From: Patescibacteria group bacterium
Lineage (GTDB): Bacteria; Patescibacteriota; Minisyncoccia; Phycocordibacterales; PALSA-1337
NCBI GenBank assembly: GCA_024654575.1
Contig: JANLHG010000014.1
Span: forward strand, 88,745 to 152,744
DNA length: 64,000 bases
Direction of reading: 5' to 3'
Within the stretch, counting starts at the first letter, position 1; every line of letters begins with the position of its first letter. The position numbers and the translations under genes are program-made. This document shows, in pieces, positions 48,691 to 58,258 of the stretch. The notes beneath the pieces were generated by a model that was not told the origin of the DNA, ran no database searches, and worked only from the letters and a program-made list of their open reading frames with translations.

Positions 48691-50457
48691 TTATATTCCC
48701 AAAATCACTGGAATGACGATGGGGTGTTTGGCTGTTCGTTGGAATAAGAGACGATTGACGTTATCGGTGATGTTAGCTTTTACAAAATCAAAGTTTATTG
48801 GATTTTGTCCTTTTGTTGAGTCTTCAATAGTGAATTTTATGATATTTCTGGCTTCGTGAAGTAATTCCTGCGATTCACGAAGATAAACGAACCCACGAGA
48901 AATAATATCTGGAGATTTTTTAAGTTTTCCAGTTTGAGCATTGATGATAGCAAAGATAATAAAGATTCCATCTTGAGCTAACATTTGCCTATCACGAATA
49001 ACGACATCTTGAATATCTCCAATAGAAAAACCATCTACCATAACAATTCCCGATGGCGCTTTTTCTTTTAGTTTGATTATTTTTTCACCTTTTTCTTGAA
49101 TTTCAATTATAGAACCGTTGTCTGGAATAATGACATCATGTTCTTTTAGACCATTTGCTTCTTTAGCAATATCACCATGTACTCTAAGCATATAATGGTA
49201 ACCATGAACTGGCATAAAAAACTTCGGTTTAATTTTTCTGTGAATCCAAGCGGTTTCGTCTTTATTAGCATGCCCAGATGAATGCACATCAGCAATTCTG
49301 TAGTGAATTATTCTAGCGCCTTGTCTAGAAAGATTATCTTTAAGTTTCTGAACAGCTCGTTCATTTCCTGGAATAACAGAAGAAGAAAGCATAACAGTAT
49401 CGCGAGTGTTGATTCTAATTTGTTTGTGAGTTTTGTTTGACATCCTCATCATTGCAGCGAACTCATCTCCTTGTGCGCCTGTCGCTAGAATGACAATTCT
49501 TTCTGGAGGAAATTTTTCCATTTCTTCGTTGCTGATGATGGTTTCTTTTTTTGCTTTCAGTAATCCGAGATGTTTACATATTTCTATGTTAGTTTTCATA
49601 CTTCTACCTTCAATTACAACTCTTTTCCCATATTTTTCAGCGAATTCAACAATTTTTAACATTCTTTCAAGAAGTGAAGCGAAGGTTGCGATAATAAGTC
49701 GTCCCTGAGTGTTTTTTATAATTTCTTCAATATTCTTATGAACCAATTTTTCTGGAATTGAAAAGCCGGGATTTTCTACGTTAGTGGAATCAGCCATAAG
49801 CATTAACACTTTTTCTTTTTTGAATTTTTTATCCCATTCTGCTTCTTCCTCTTCGGTTGGAATACCATCAACGTGATCAAGTTTTAAATCACCAGTATGT
49901 ACAATAGAGCCATGTGGAGTTTCTATGATAACTCCCATAGCATCAGGAATTGTGTGAGTTACAGCAAAGAATTTTACTTTTAAATCACCTATTTTTATGA
50001 TGTCATCTTTTTCAACCACCCTAATGTCTAGTGGAGGAACATGAGAAAATTCTTCTTGTCTTTTCTTTATCATAACTGTCGTCAGGTTTCTAGAGTAAAG
50101 AGGCGGATTTCCTATTCTTGGCATGACATAAGGAATTCCTCCTATATGGTCTAAGTGTCCGTGAGTTATGATGACGGCTTTAATTTTACTTTTACGTTCT
50201 TCTAGATATTTTGTGTTCGGTAATATGTAGTCAATTCCAGGAGTATTTTCATCCTTAAATTGAAAGCCACAATCAATAACAATAATGTCATCCTTGTATT
50301 CAATTAAGGTCATATTTTTACCAATTTCTTCTACACCACCAAGTGGAATAATACGAACATTGTCTCCAATATCTGGAACGGAGTCCTCAATTTTTTTATG
50401 AACTTGAGTGGCGTCTGGTGGACGAACACTACGCGGTCTGCTATTGTGCATTTTCAT
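48691..50457 (-). CDS. rnj: Ribonuclease J (MBL + beta-CASP)
   Basis: IIPLGGVEEIGKNMTLIEY...IVIDCG...HGHLDH. Confidence 0.9.
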   Translation of the reverse strand: MKMHNSRPRSVRPPDATQVHKKIEDSVPDIGDNVRIIPLGGVEEIGKNMTLIEYKDDIIVIDCGFQFKDENTPGIDYILPNTKYLEERKSKIKAVIITHGHLDHIGGIPYVMPRIGNPPLYSRNLTTVMIKKRQEEFSHVPPLDIRVVEKDDIIKIGDLKVKFFAVTHTIPDAMGVIIETPHGSIVHTGDLKLDHVDGIPTEEEEAEWDKKFKKEKVLMLMADSTNVENPGFSIPEKLVHKNIEEIIKNTQGRLIIATFASLLERMLKIVEFAEKYGKRVVIEGRSMKTNIEICKHLGLLKAKKETIISNEEMEKFPPERIVILATGAQGDEFAAMMRMSNKTHKQIRINTRDTVMLSSSVIPGNERAVQKLKDNLSRQGARIIHYRIADVHSSGHANKDETAWIHRKIKPKFFMPVHGYHYMLRVHGDIAKEANGLKEHDVIIPDNGSIIEIQEKGEKIIKLKEKAPSGIVMVDGFSIGDIQDVVIRDRQMLAQDGIFIIFAIINAQTGKLKKSPDIISRGFVYLRESQELLHEARNIIKFTIEDSTKGQNPINFDFVKANITDNVNRLLFQRTAKHPIVIPVILGI

Positions 50458-50482
50458 GATTTATTATTTTTTAATTATTTTA

Positions 50483-52222
50483 TTAACTATTTACAAAAAT
50501 TTTCCACACTTGGTCCGTATTTATATACCACTTATTTACGTCGGCAAATCTATCTCCTGGGGTGGTTACTTGACCAAATGAAAATCCTTTAATATTTTTC
50601 GTCATGACATATATAAAATCTGGAGAATATGCAAATAAAGCTGGTATTTCTTGATGGATAATATTATCAAATTCTTCGTATTTAGCTTTTCGTTGGGCAG
50701 TGTCTGAAATAGAGCGAACGTCTTCAAGTATTTTATCTACTTTGCTATTCACATACATTGCTATATTTAATCCTGGGTCATTGCGTTGTGAAGAATGCCA
50801 AAAAGCAAACAGGTCAAGATCTCGTCCTACAATTTCTCCAAAAAGAAGAGCGTCATATTTTCTGGTTTTTATTATGTTTTGGTTTAGATCACCAGAATCA
50901 AATATTTTTACAGTGACCTCTGCTCCTAATTTTGTCCATGCATCTTTTATTATCTCTGCTGATTGTTTTAATTCTGGAGCGTTTGAAGTGACTAAAGAAA
51001 ACTGCATAAGAGTGGTGCTTTTTTTTGTTTTTTTCTCAAGAATCCCATCTTTATTTATTTCCCAGCCATCTTTAGCTAAAATATCTTTCGCTTCATTTAT
51101 TCTATCATCAAAAGATATAGAGTCCACTTTTTTTTCTTTTGATGGGATTGGACCATCTATACTTGTAGCATATCCTTGTAGTACTTCTTGAACTAGAACT
51201 TCCTTAGGCATTGCTATATTAAGGGCTTTACGTACATTCTGATCAGAAAATAAAGGGGCATTATTTTGGTTTAGAAATACAGCGAATATTCTAGGTAAAG
51301 AAATTGTTTCTATTCTAGCATCACTCATCTTCAATAATCTTGCTTCTTGAGGAGCTATACTGTTCATATTTTGTATACTTCCATTAGTATAGGCTGATAG
51401 GAGGGCTTTTTCATTTGGATAGAATTTTATAAAGATAGTAGATATATATGGTTTACCTAAGGCATATTTCTTAAACGAAGAGAGTTCGTAGTATTGGATA
51501 AGTCCTCCAGAATCACGGTATATATTTTTAATTTCATATGGTCCAGAACCGATAGGTTCAATGTTGAATTGGCTGAAAGCAAACTCCTCGTTATTTACAT
51601 TCTTCCAGATATGCTTTGGTAATATTCCTATAGTTGTGTTTTCTATGAACGGCGAATAAGGTTTTTTTAGAATAAAACGGATTTGTTTTTCGGTTACTTT
51701 TTCAATAATGACACCATCCCAGTTTGCTCTTTTGGGACTTTTAGTTGAAGGGTCTTGTACGCGGGCAATAGTGAATTCTATGTCATTTGTTGTTACAGGT
51801 GTATTATCGTGAAAAAAAATATTATCTTTAAGATAGAATGTGTATGTTAAACCATCATCTGATATAGTGTAGTTTTTTGCCAAATCGGGTATTAATTTTC
51901 CTTCAGAATTAGCTTTTAAAAGTCCTGAATATATTAAAGAAGTCATATCTCTCTCGGCATCTCCGATTGCAATTACTGGATTGATAAAACGCGGAGTACC
52001 AATAATTCCTTCAGAAAACGAACCTCCATCGGCTGGGACCCCTACTAAAAAGTTTTGATTTACTTGCCATACTAATGTTGTAGCACTTATTATAAGTATT
52101 ATTGATAGAATACTGAAAATAATTTTTTCAGTTGCTGAAAAACTACCTACCGCATTAGATAGAAGTTCTTCTTTTGGAATCTTGAATTCCTTTTTTAAAA
52201 TATGTGGGATGATATCTTTCAC
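50483..52222 (-). CDS. ABC transporter substrate-binding protein, family 5 (peptide/nickel)
   Basis: N-terminal TM anchor; SBP_bac_5-like region (LLKANSEGKLIPDLA...YTFYLKDNIFFHD). Confidence 0.75.
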   Translation of the reverse strand: MKDIIPHILKKEFKIPKEELLSNAVGSFSATEKIIFSILSIILIISATTLVWQVNQNFLVGVPADGGSFSEGIIGTPRFINPVIAIGDAERDMTSLIYSGLLKANSEGKLIPDLAKNYTISDDGLTYTFYLKDNIFFHDNTPVTTNDIEFTIARVQDPSTKSPKRANWDGVIIEKVTEKQIRFILKKPYSPFIENTTIGILPKHIWKNVNNEEFAFSQFNIEPIGSGPYEIKNIYRDSGGLIQYYELSSFKKYALGKPYISTIFIKFYPNEKALLSAYTNGSIQNMNSIAPQEARLLKMSDARIETISLPRIFAVFLNQNNAPLFSDQNVRKALNIAMPKEVLVQEVLQGYATSIDGPIPSKEKKVDSISFDDRINEAKDILAKDGWEINKDGILEKKTKKSTTLMQFSLVTSNAPELKQSAEIIKDAWTKLGAEVTVKIFDSGDLNQNIIKTRKYDALLFGEIVGRDLDLFAFWHSSQRNDPGLNIAMYVNSKVDKILEDVRSISDTAQRKAKYEEFDNIIHQEIPALFAYSPDFIYVMTKNIKGFSFGQVTTPGDRFADVNKWYINTDQVWKIFVNS

Positions 52223-52249
52223 TGAAATACAGAGTAGAAAATGGTTTTA

Positions 52250-52522
52250 TTATTTTAACAATAGAGCCATAAATGACGTAACGATAAAAAGAATTGATAT
52301 GATTATAGTTCCGTTAAATAGGGTCTTTTCAAATCCGCGTCTTGTGTGATGTGCTGAACTGAAATTATCGCTACCACCAAATGCTCCTCCTAATTCCGAA
52401 CCTGTTCGTTGTAAAAGCACTGCGCTGATAAGTAGAACAGCCAAAACAATTTGGATATATGGTATTAGGGGAGTAATCTGACTCATTGCTAGTATGCTAG
52501 CACCCTTGCTTCTTTTTTGCAA
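52250..52522 (-). CDS. secG: Preprotein translocase subunit SecG
   Basis: Two TM helices with LLQRTGSELGGAFGGS between them. Confidence 0.65.
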   Translation of the reverse strand: MQKRSKGASILAMSQITPLIPYIQIVLAVLLISAVLLQRTGSELGGAFGGSDNFSSAHHTRRGFEKTLFNGTIIISILFIVTSFMALLLK

Positions 52523-52564
52523 ATAATTATAATGAAATTACATTATTAGTAACAAATTACAGCT

Positions 52565-52888
52565 ATGAAAAAAGAACAAAAAAACGTTAAAAAAAAGAAT
52601 ATTACACCTCTCGCTGATAGGGTTTTAATAAGAGAAATTGATGAATCCCAATCAGAAACAAAAACCAAATTTGGAATTATTATTCCTGTGACTGTAGGAG
52701 AAGATAAGGGGGCAAAAAAGGGTCAAGTTGTTGCTGTGGGAATAGGACGATATGAAGAAGGTAAACTTATCCCCGTTGCAGTCAACGTGGGTGATGAAGT
52801 CCTTTTTTCTTGGGGTGACAAAATCAAAATAGATGGCGAGGAGTTTTATATTATAAGAGAAAATGAAATAATTGCTGTAGTTAAATAA
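52565..52888 (+). CDS. groES: Co-chaperonin GroES
   Basis: PLADRVLIRE...GIIIP...GQVVAVG. Confidence 0.95.
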   Translation: MKKEQKNVKKKNITPLADRVLIREIDESQSETKTKFGIIIPVTVGEDKGAKKGQVVAVGIGRYEEGKLIPVAVNVGDEVLFSWGDKIKIDGEEFYIIRENEIIAVVK

Positions 52889-52890
52889 TT

Positions 52891-54546
52891 ATGTCAAAAA
52901 AAATAATTTACAATGAAGAAGCTAGAAAAGCTTTAAAAAAAGGAGTAGATGCAGTGGCTGATGCGGTGAAAATTACCATTGGTCCTAGAGGAAGAAATGT
53001 TGTTCTTGATAAAGGATATGGTGCACCTACTATTACTAATGATGGTGTTTCAATCGCTAAAGAAATCACTCTTAAAGATAAATTTGAAAATATGGGAGCA
53101 GAAATTGTTAAAGAGGTAGCCACAAAAACAAATGATATCGCCGGTGACGGTACAACTACATCTGTTATTCTCACTCAAGCTATTATCGCTGAAGGTATGC
53201 GACATACGACAATGGGTGTCAATGCGATGGGTATAAAACTTGGTATTGATAAAGCTAGAGAACAAGCTGTGAAAGCTCTTAAAGAAATCGCTAAACCAAT
53301 AAAGAGCGATGAAGAAATTAGACAAGTCGCTACTATTTCGGCAGAATCTATAGAAATCGGAAAAATTATCGCAGATACTATTAAAAAAGTAGGGAAAGAT
53401 GGTGTGGTAACTGTAGAGGAATCACAAACTATCGGAGTGGATTCGGAAGTTGTGAGCGGTATTGAATTTGATAAAGGTTTTGTCTCGCCATATATGATTA
53501 CTAATGGTGAAAGAATGGAGGCAGAATATGAAGAACCGTTAATTCTTATCACTGACAAAAAAATTGTGTCAATTAAAGAAATTTTACCTCTTTTAGAAAA
53601 ATTAGCACAAACAGGTAAAAAAGAATTAGTCATTATTGCTGAAGATGTAGAAGGAGAAGCGTTGGCTACATTTGTGGTAAACAAACTTCGCGGAGCATTT
53701 AGTGTTTTAGCTATTAAAGCACCAGGTTATGGAGATAAGAAAAAAGAAATGTTGCAAGATATTGCAGTGACAGTTGGAGCTCAAGTTATTTCTGACGAAA
53801 CTGGAATGAAAATTGAAACTGCTGATTTGAACATACTTGGTAAAGCTAGAAAGGTCATTTCAACTAAAGACAGCACTATTATTGTTGGAGGTAAGGGTAA
53901 AAAATCCGACATTGATTCCAGAATTGCCCAATTGAAAAAACAGAAAGAAAATAGTGATTCAAAGTTTGACACTGAAAAATTAGAAGAAAGAATAGCTAAA
54001 CTTTCTGGAGGGGTTGCCGTCATTCGTGTAGGAGCTGCTACTGAAACTGAGATGAAGTATCTAAAATTGAAAATTGAAGATGCTGTTAATGCTACTAAAG
54101 CGGCGATTGAAGAAGGGATTGTTGCTGGAGGAGGTGTGGCATTTATACGGGCTGCTCAAAAAATGGAAGAATGGATGAAAAAAGATATCAATCGTAGTAA
54201 AGATTTTACCAAAGAATTTGAAGTTGGTTTTATGATTGTGCTTAAAGCTCTTGAGGTACCGTTAAAACAAATTGCTATCAATGCTGGTAAAGATGACGGT
54301 TCTGTTATTGTTGAAAAAATAAAAAATTCAAAGGGTAATGCTGGGTATGATGCACTTGTTGACGCTATTATTCCAGATATGCTTTCTGCTGGAATTATTG
54401 ACCCCGTAAAAGTAACTAGAAGTGGTATTGAAAATGCATCATCTGCCGCCGCCATTCTCCTTACGACTGAAGTAGCGATTGCTGATGAACCAAAGGCTAA
54501 ATCGTTCCAAGAAGATGTGGAACGATCGCCCGATCATTTTGCATAA
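52891..54546 (+). CDS. groEL: Chaperonin GroEL
   Basis: ITIGPRGRNVVL...DGTTT...AVIRVGAATE. Confidence 0.95.
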   Translation: MSKKIIYNEEARKALKKGVDAVADAVKITIGPRGRNVVLDKGYGAPTITNDGVSIAKEITLKDKFENMGAEIVKEVATKTNDIAGDGTTTSVILTQAIIAEGMRHTTMGVNAMGIKLGIDKAREQAVKALKEIAKPIKSDEEIRQVATISAESIEIGKIIADTIKKVGKDGVVTVEESQTIGVDSEVVSGIEFDKGFVSPYMITNGERMEAEYEEPLILITDKKIVSIKEILPLLEKLAQTGKKELVIIAEDVEGEALATFVVNKLRGAFSVLAIKAPGYGDKKKEMLQDIAVTVGAQVISDETGMKIETADLNILGKARKVISTKDSTIIVGGKGKKSDIDSRIAQLKKQKENSDSKFDTEKLEERIAKLSGGVAVIRVGAATETEMKYLKLKIEDAVNATKAAIEEGIVAGGGVAFIRAAQKMEEWMKKDINRSKDFTKEFEVGFMIVLKALEVPLKQIAINAGKDDGSVIVEKIKNSKGNAGYDALVDAIIPDMLSAGIIDPVKVTRSGIENASSAAAILLTTEVAIADEPKAKSFQEDVERSPDHFA

Positions 54547-54621
54547 CAAAATGATTTAGGGAATGGGGTATTAAATTGTGGTATAATTATTTTATAATTA
54601 AATTATTATAAAAATATAAAT

Positions 54622-55176
54622 ATGAAAAAAAGTACATGGATTTGGATAGGTGTTATAGTTATTTTGGCTCTCTACAGCTGGACTAGTTATAACGGTCTCG
54701 TTGGTTCAAATGAGGGAATTGATAATCAATGGGCACAAGTTGAAGCACAATATCAGCGTCGTTTGGACTTAATTCCTAACCTTGTTGAGTCAGTGAAGGG
54801 AGTAATGAAGCAAGAACAGACTGTGTTTAATGATATCGCTCAAGCTCGTACTCAATATGCAGGAGCGAAAACTGTTGACCAAAAAGCTCAAGCTGCTACA
54901 AATATGGAAGGTGCATTGGGTAGATTGTTAGCTATTGTTGAAAATTATCCGCAATTAAAATCTGCCGATACGGTCCAAACACTTATGTCGCAACTTGAAG
55001 GAACAGAAAACAGAGTCAGTGTGGAAAGAAAAAGATTTAACGATATGGTGCAAGTGTATAATCTAAAAACGAAGCAATTCCCAAGTTCAATTTCAGCAAA
55101 ATTATTCGGATTTGCTTCACATTCGTATTTTGAGTCGGTTCAGGGGGCAGAAGTAGCACCAGAAGTGAAATTCTAA
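54622..55176 (+). CDS. lemA: LemA family protein
   Basis: N-terminal TM followed by a LemA-like region (NQWAQVEAQYQRRLDLIPNLVE). Confidence 0.85.
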   Translation: MKKSTWIWIGVIVILALYSWTSYNGLVGSNEGIDNQWAQVEAQYQRRLDLIPNLVESVKGVMKQEQTVFNDIAQARTQYAGAKTVDQKAQAATNMEGALGRLLAIVENYPQLKSADTVQTLMSQLEGTENRVSVERKRFNDMVQVYNLKTKQFPSSISAKLFGFASHSYFESVQGAEVAPEVKF

Positions 55177-56057
55177 TGAAGAGATTTTTTGTTACAGCTT
55201 TTTTTGTCACGTTTGCTATTCCTGTAATTAGTTTGGCGTATAAAAATCCGGGTAATCCATCTGGTTTTGTTAATGATTTCGCTAAAGTTTTGACTGTTGA
55301 ACAGAAAAACGTACTGGAGCAAAAACTTTCTGCATTTGAACAACAAACTAGTAATGAAATTTCTATTGTTACCATTCCGACACTAGACGAAGATACTATT
55401 GAAAATTATGCTGTGGCACTTTTCAAAGATTGGGGAATTGGAAAAAAGAAAAATGATAATGGAGTTTTGCTTCTTGTTGCAATCGGTGACCATAAAATGA
55501 GAATTGAAGTTGGGTATGGACTGGAAGGGGCGTTAACGGACGCTATAAGTTCCGATATTATTCGCAATACACTGACACCTGCTTTTAAGAATAATGATTT
55601 TTATGGTGGCATTGATAAAGCAGTTGATAGTATGATTTCTGCTACTAAAAATGAATATTTATCAACTAATCAAAGTAATAATCAGACGTCAAATGATATT
55701 GGTGGTATTTTAGTTATTGCATTTTTTACAATTCATATTTTGATGTGGGTTGCTAGTGTTCTAGCGAGGTCAAAATCATGGTGGGCAGGGGGAGTTGTTG
55801 GAGCAGTAATGTCTATATTTATAGGAATATTTTTAGGGTTGTTTGCTTTTGGTGTTGCTCTTGTTTTATTTATTCCGTTCGGATTACTTTTTGATTTTCT
55901 TGTTTCAAGAATCTATGGTGCACGTAAAATAAATGGTCTGCCTATACCTTGGTTTATTGGAGGTGGACGAAGAGGTGGAGGACGAGGAGGGTTTGGAGGT
56001 TTTGGTGGCTTCGGTGGGGGCGGTTCGGGAGGTGGGGGTTCAAGTGGTGGATGGTAG
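55176..56057 (+). CDS. TPM-domain (YgcG-like) protein with C-terminal TM helices and a Gly-rich tail
   Basis: TPM-like region (GFVNDFAKVLT...EISIVTIPTLD) forming the usual lemA-TPM pair. Confidence 0.75.
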   Translation: MKRFFVTAFFVTFAIPVISLAYKNPGNPSGFVNDFAKVLTVEQKNVLEQKLSAFEQQTSNEISIVTIPTLDEDTIENYAVALFKDWGIGKKKNDNGVLLLVAIGDHKMRIEVGYGLEGALTDAISSDIIRNTLTPAFKNNDFYGGIDKAVDSMISATKNEYLSTNQSNNQTSNDIGGILVIAFFTIHILMWVASVLARSKSWWAGGVVGAVMSIFIGIFLGLFAFGVALVLFIPFGLLFDFLVSRIYGARKINGLPIPWFIGGGRRGGGRGGFGGFGGFGGGGSGGGGSSGGW

Positions 56058-56182
56058 CACTTCAATTGGGCTAAATCAATTTTGTATTCAAAATTAATCG
56101 CTCGACCTTGCTTTGCAAGGTTTAGGGAAGGTTCGCATTGTGCCTCTACGGCACATCCGCCGATGAGGCGGAAGCTAGTAAA

Positions 56183-56440
56183 ATGTATTACTGTTATATT
56201 TTAAAATTCAAAAACGGAGGAAAACTTTATTGTGGATTTACTTCTGATTTAAAAAGAAGGATAAAGGAACATAAATCTGGTTATTCTAATTTTACTTCAC
56301 GAAATGGTGATTTCGAATTAATATTTTATGAAGCATATAAAAACAAAGAAGATGCAAAGGAGGCAGAAAGATATTTCAAAAGCGGTCACGGTAGAGAAAT
56401 TTTAAAAGGAAAATTGAAAAATTATCTCACTTCATTGTAG
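56183..56440 (+). CDS. Small GIY-YIG nuclease-domain protein (UPF0213-like)
   Basis: MYYCYILKFKNGGKLYCGFTSDLKRRIKEHKSG...E. Confidence 0.75.
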   Translation: MYYCYILKFKNGGKLYCGFTSDLKRRIKEHKSGYSNFTSRNGDFELIFYEAYKNKEDAKEAERYFKSGHGREILKGKLKNYLTSL

Positions 56441-56473
56441 AATAAAATAGCGCCTCATTGGTGCTTAGTAAAT

Positions 56474-56561
56474 GGAAGGTTCGCATAGCGGTCTAGTGCG
56501 CACGCTTGGAAAGCGTGTGTCGCCTTATCGGCGACCGAGGGTTCGAATCCCTCACCTTCCG
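56474..56561 (+). tRNA. tRNA-Ser (GGA), long variable arm, CCA not encoded
   Basis: GGAAGGT...anticodon loop TTGGAAA...variable arm GTCGCC-TTATC-GGCGAC...T-loop TTCGAAT...ACCTTCC-G. Confidence 0.9.
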
Positions 56562-56670
56562 CCTTCGCTCGCCGAAGCGGCGAGCTACGGCGGACAAAGT
56601 CCGCAAGTAGCTTGTCGCGAAGGAGATATGAAAAGTGATAAGATGTAAGAACCCTAAAAGGATTCGAACT

Positions 56671-57093
56671 ATGGAGAAAGACTTCTCAAAAAATTTAGTT
56701 AAGGACTATACATACTGGAGTGTCTATGTACACGAAAACCAAGGATATCTTGGTCGTTGTGTCATTTGATGCAAAAGAGAAGATGCTCTTGATTTGCCAG
56801 ATGCTACCCAAAAAGAACAGAAGGAATTATTCGAAGTTTTAAACGATCTCAGAAAGGTCTCAAAGGAATGCTTTAGCGCCGACTGGTTAAATTATGCCTT
56901 CCTAGGGAATGAGACACGACACTTACACGGACATTTTATTCCACGCTACGCTACACCAAAGACTTTTGAAGGAACAGTATTCGAAGATAAGTTGTATGGA
57001 CATAATTATAAAACTGACCACGGTTTTGTAACATCAGAAGAGCTTTTACAAAAAATAAAAAATGCTTTAGTAATTGCATATGAAAAAATCTAA
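56671..57093 (+). pseudogene. HIT-family (histidine triad) gene interrupted by an in-frame TGA at 56767-56769
   Basis: N-part MEKDFSKNLVKDYTYWSVYVHENQGYLGRCVI, then TGA, then in the same frame CKREDALDLPDATQKEQKELFEVL...ETRHLHGHFIPRY (HxHxH-like). The two parts together form a complete HIT-like domain. Confidence 0.5.
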
Positions 57094-57144
57094 GCACAAA
57101 AAGCAATTTGGTTTTGTTTGTACCTCGCACAATCCACTGCTAAA

Positions 57145-57159
57145 ATAAAATGCTATAAT
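57145..57159 (+). promoter_or_regulatory. Extended -10 promoter ATAAAATGCTATAAT, 6 nt upstream of the ATG (leaderless mRNA)
   Basis: TGcTATAAT; it is identical to the 15-mer at 57929-57943. Confidence 0.5.
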
Positions 57160-57165
57160 AAAAAT

Positions 57166-57897
57166 ATGAAAACTAGTAAGAAAATTTCTATTACCGCACT
57201 TGTGGCGATTTTGGCAGCTACGGGATATGGTGGCTACACTGTAATTAAAGAAAGTGATTTGGCGGGGATGCGTTCTGGGCAGGCACCGCTTTATAAAGTA
57301 GCGAGAGTGATAGACGGAGACACTTTTGAGCTTCAAGATGGAGATGTGGTACGCCTCTTAGGCATAGATGCCCCAGAAAAAGGACAATGTTTTTACAAAG
57401 AGTCCAAAGACGCACTTATAAAATTAGTGGAAGGCAAAGAGGTGGAGCTTAGAAAAGACGTTACGGGTACAGACGATTTTAGTCGCCTGTTGCGTTATGC
57501 GATTTTACCAAGTAAAAATATTTTAAATAATAGTGTTTTAGTAGATGAATATATGGTAGAAGGCGGATATGCAGATATACGAAGCGACCCTAGAGATAAA
57601 CTTTTTTACGGCATTCTTTTAGAAAAACACGAGCAAGCACAGAAAAGTAATAAAGGCCTTTGGGGAGCTTGCGATTATGAGCCGAGCGAGCACAGCCAAA
57701 AGGACATCGCACCTCTTAATAAAAATTGTACTATCAAAGGCAACATCTCTACAGGTTCATTTGGTAAGACATATTTTGTGGAAAGTTGTAATAATTACGC
57801 TCAAGTCAAAGTAGACCCCACTCGCGGAGAACAATATTTCTGTTCAGAAAAAGAAGCCATTACGGCCGGTTTCATCAAAGCCCGCTATTGTCCATAA
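57166..57897 (+). CDS. Thermonuclease (SNase-like) family protein with an N-terminal TM anchor and a Cys-containing C-terminal extension
   Basis: ARVIDGDTFEL...VRLLGIDAPE...ELRKDVTGTDDFSRLLRY. Confidence 0.8.
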   Translation: MKTSKKISITALVAILAATGYGGYTVIKESDLAGMRSGQAPLYKVARVIDGDTFELQDGDVVRLLGIDAPEKGQCFYKESKDALIKLVEGKEVELRKDVTGTDDFSRLLRYAILPSKNILNNSVLVDEYMVEGGYADIRSDPRDKLFYGILLEKHEQAQKSNKGLWGACDYEPSEHSQKDIAPLNKNCTIKGNISTGSFGKTYFVESCNNYAQVKVDPTRGEQYFCSEKEAITAGFIKARYCP

Positions 57898-57928
57898 GTG
57901 GAGTAACTATCAAAGATTGGCATGCGTA

Positions 57929-57943
57929 ATAAAATGCTATAAT
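57929..57943 (+). promoter_or_regulatory. Second copy of the extended -10 promoter ATAAAATGCTATAAT, 6 nt upstream of the ATG at 57950
   Basis: Identical 15-mer. Confidence 0.5.
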
Positions 57944-57949
57944 GAAAAA

Positions 57950-58204
57950 ATGATAGATGAAATAAAAGAGGAAAAAGAGAAACTGACAATGGAAATGCGG
58001 GAACGCTCGATTGGCTATATTGCTGGAGCATTTGGTTTAGTTGCTGGTCTCGCGTGGAATGATGCTATAAAAGCGTTTATAGAATATCTTTTTCCTTTAA
58101 GTAAAAATACACTCGTGGCGAAATTTATTTATGCCTTGATTCTTACTGTAGTTGTGGTGGTAGTAACGACGTATATTTCACGTCTTTTTAGTAAAAGAAA
58201 ATAA
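57950..58204 (+). CDS. Small membrane protein, hypothetical
   Basis: 84 aa with two hydrophobic helices. Confidence 0.4.
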   Translation: MIDEIKEEKEKLTMEMRERSIGYIAGAFGLVAGLAWNDAIKAFIEYLFPLSKNTLVAKFIYALILTVVVVVVTTYISRLFSKRK

Positions 58205-58258
58205 TGTGCTAGAATGCGTGTCAGATAGTTTAACCCTTAACCAAGGAGTTCTTTTTAT

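Noticed and set aside
52491-52564. Possible CIRCE/HrcA operator upstream of groES
   Set aside because: Only a short TGCTAGCA palindrome is present. No TTAGCACTC-N9-GAGTGCTAA match was found.
53050-54455. Long antisense ORFs within groEL (up to 169 aa)
   Set aside because: They overlap the conserved groEL frame and are typical antisense artefacts.
56567-56585. The hairpin GCTCGCCGAAGCGGCGAGC after tRNA-Ser as a rho-independent terminator
   Set aside because: It is a perfect stem but is not followed by a T-run. It is left as an uncalled structure; it may be a processing element.
56767-56769. The in-frame TGA in the HIT gene might indicate genetic code 25 (UGA=Gly, as in Gracilibacteria/SR1)
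   Set aside because: TGA is clearly used as a stop elsewhere (for example the rnhA stop overlapping the comEC ATG as ATGA). Long housekeeping ORFs such as groEL, fusA and recJ contain no internal TGA.
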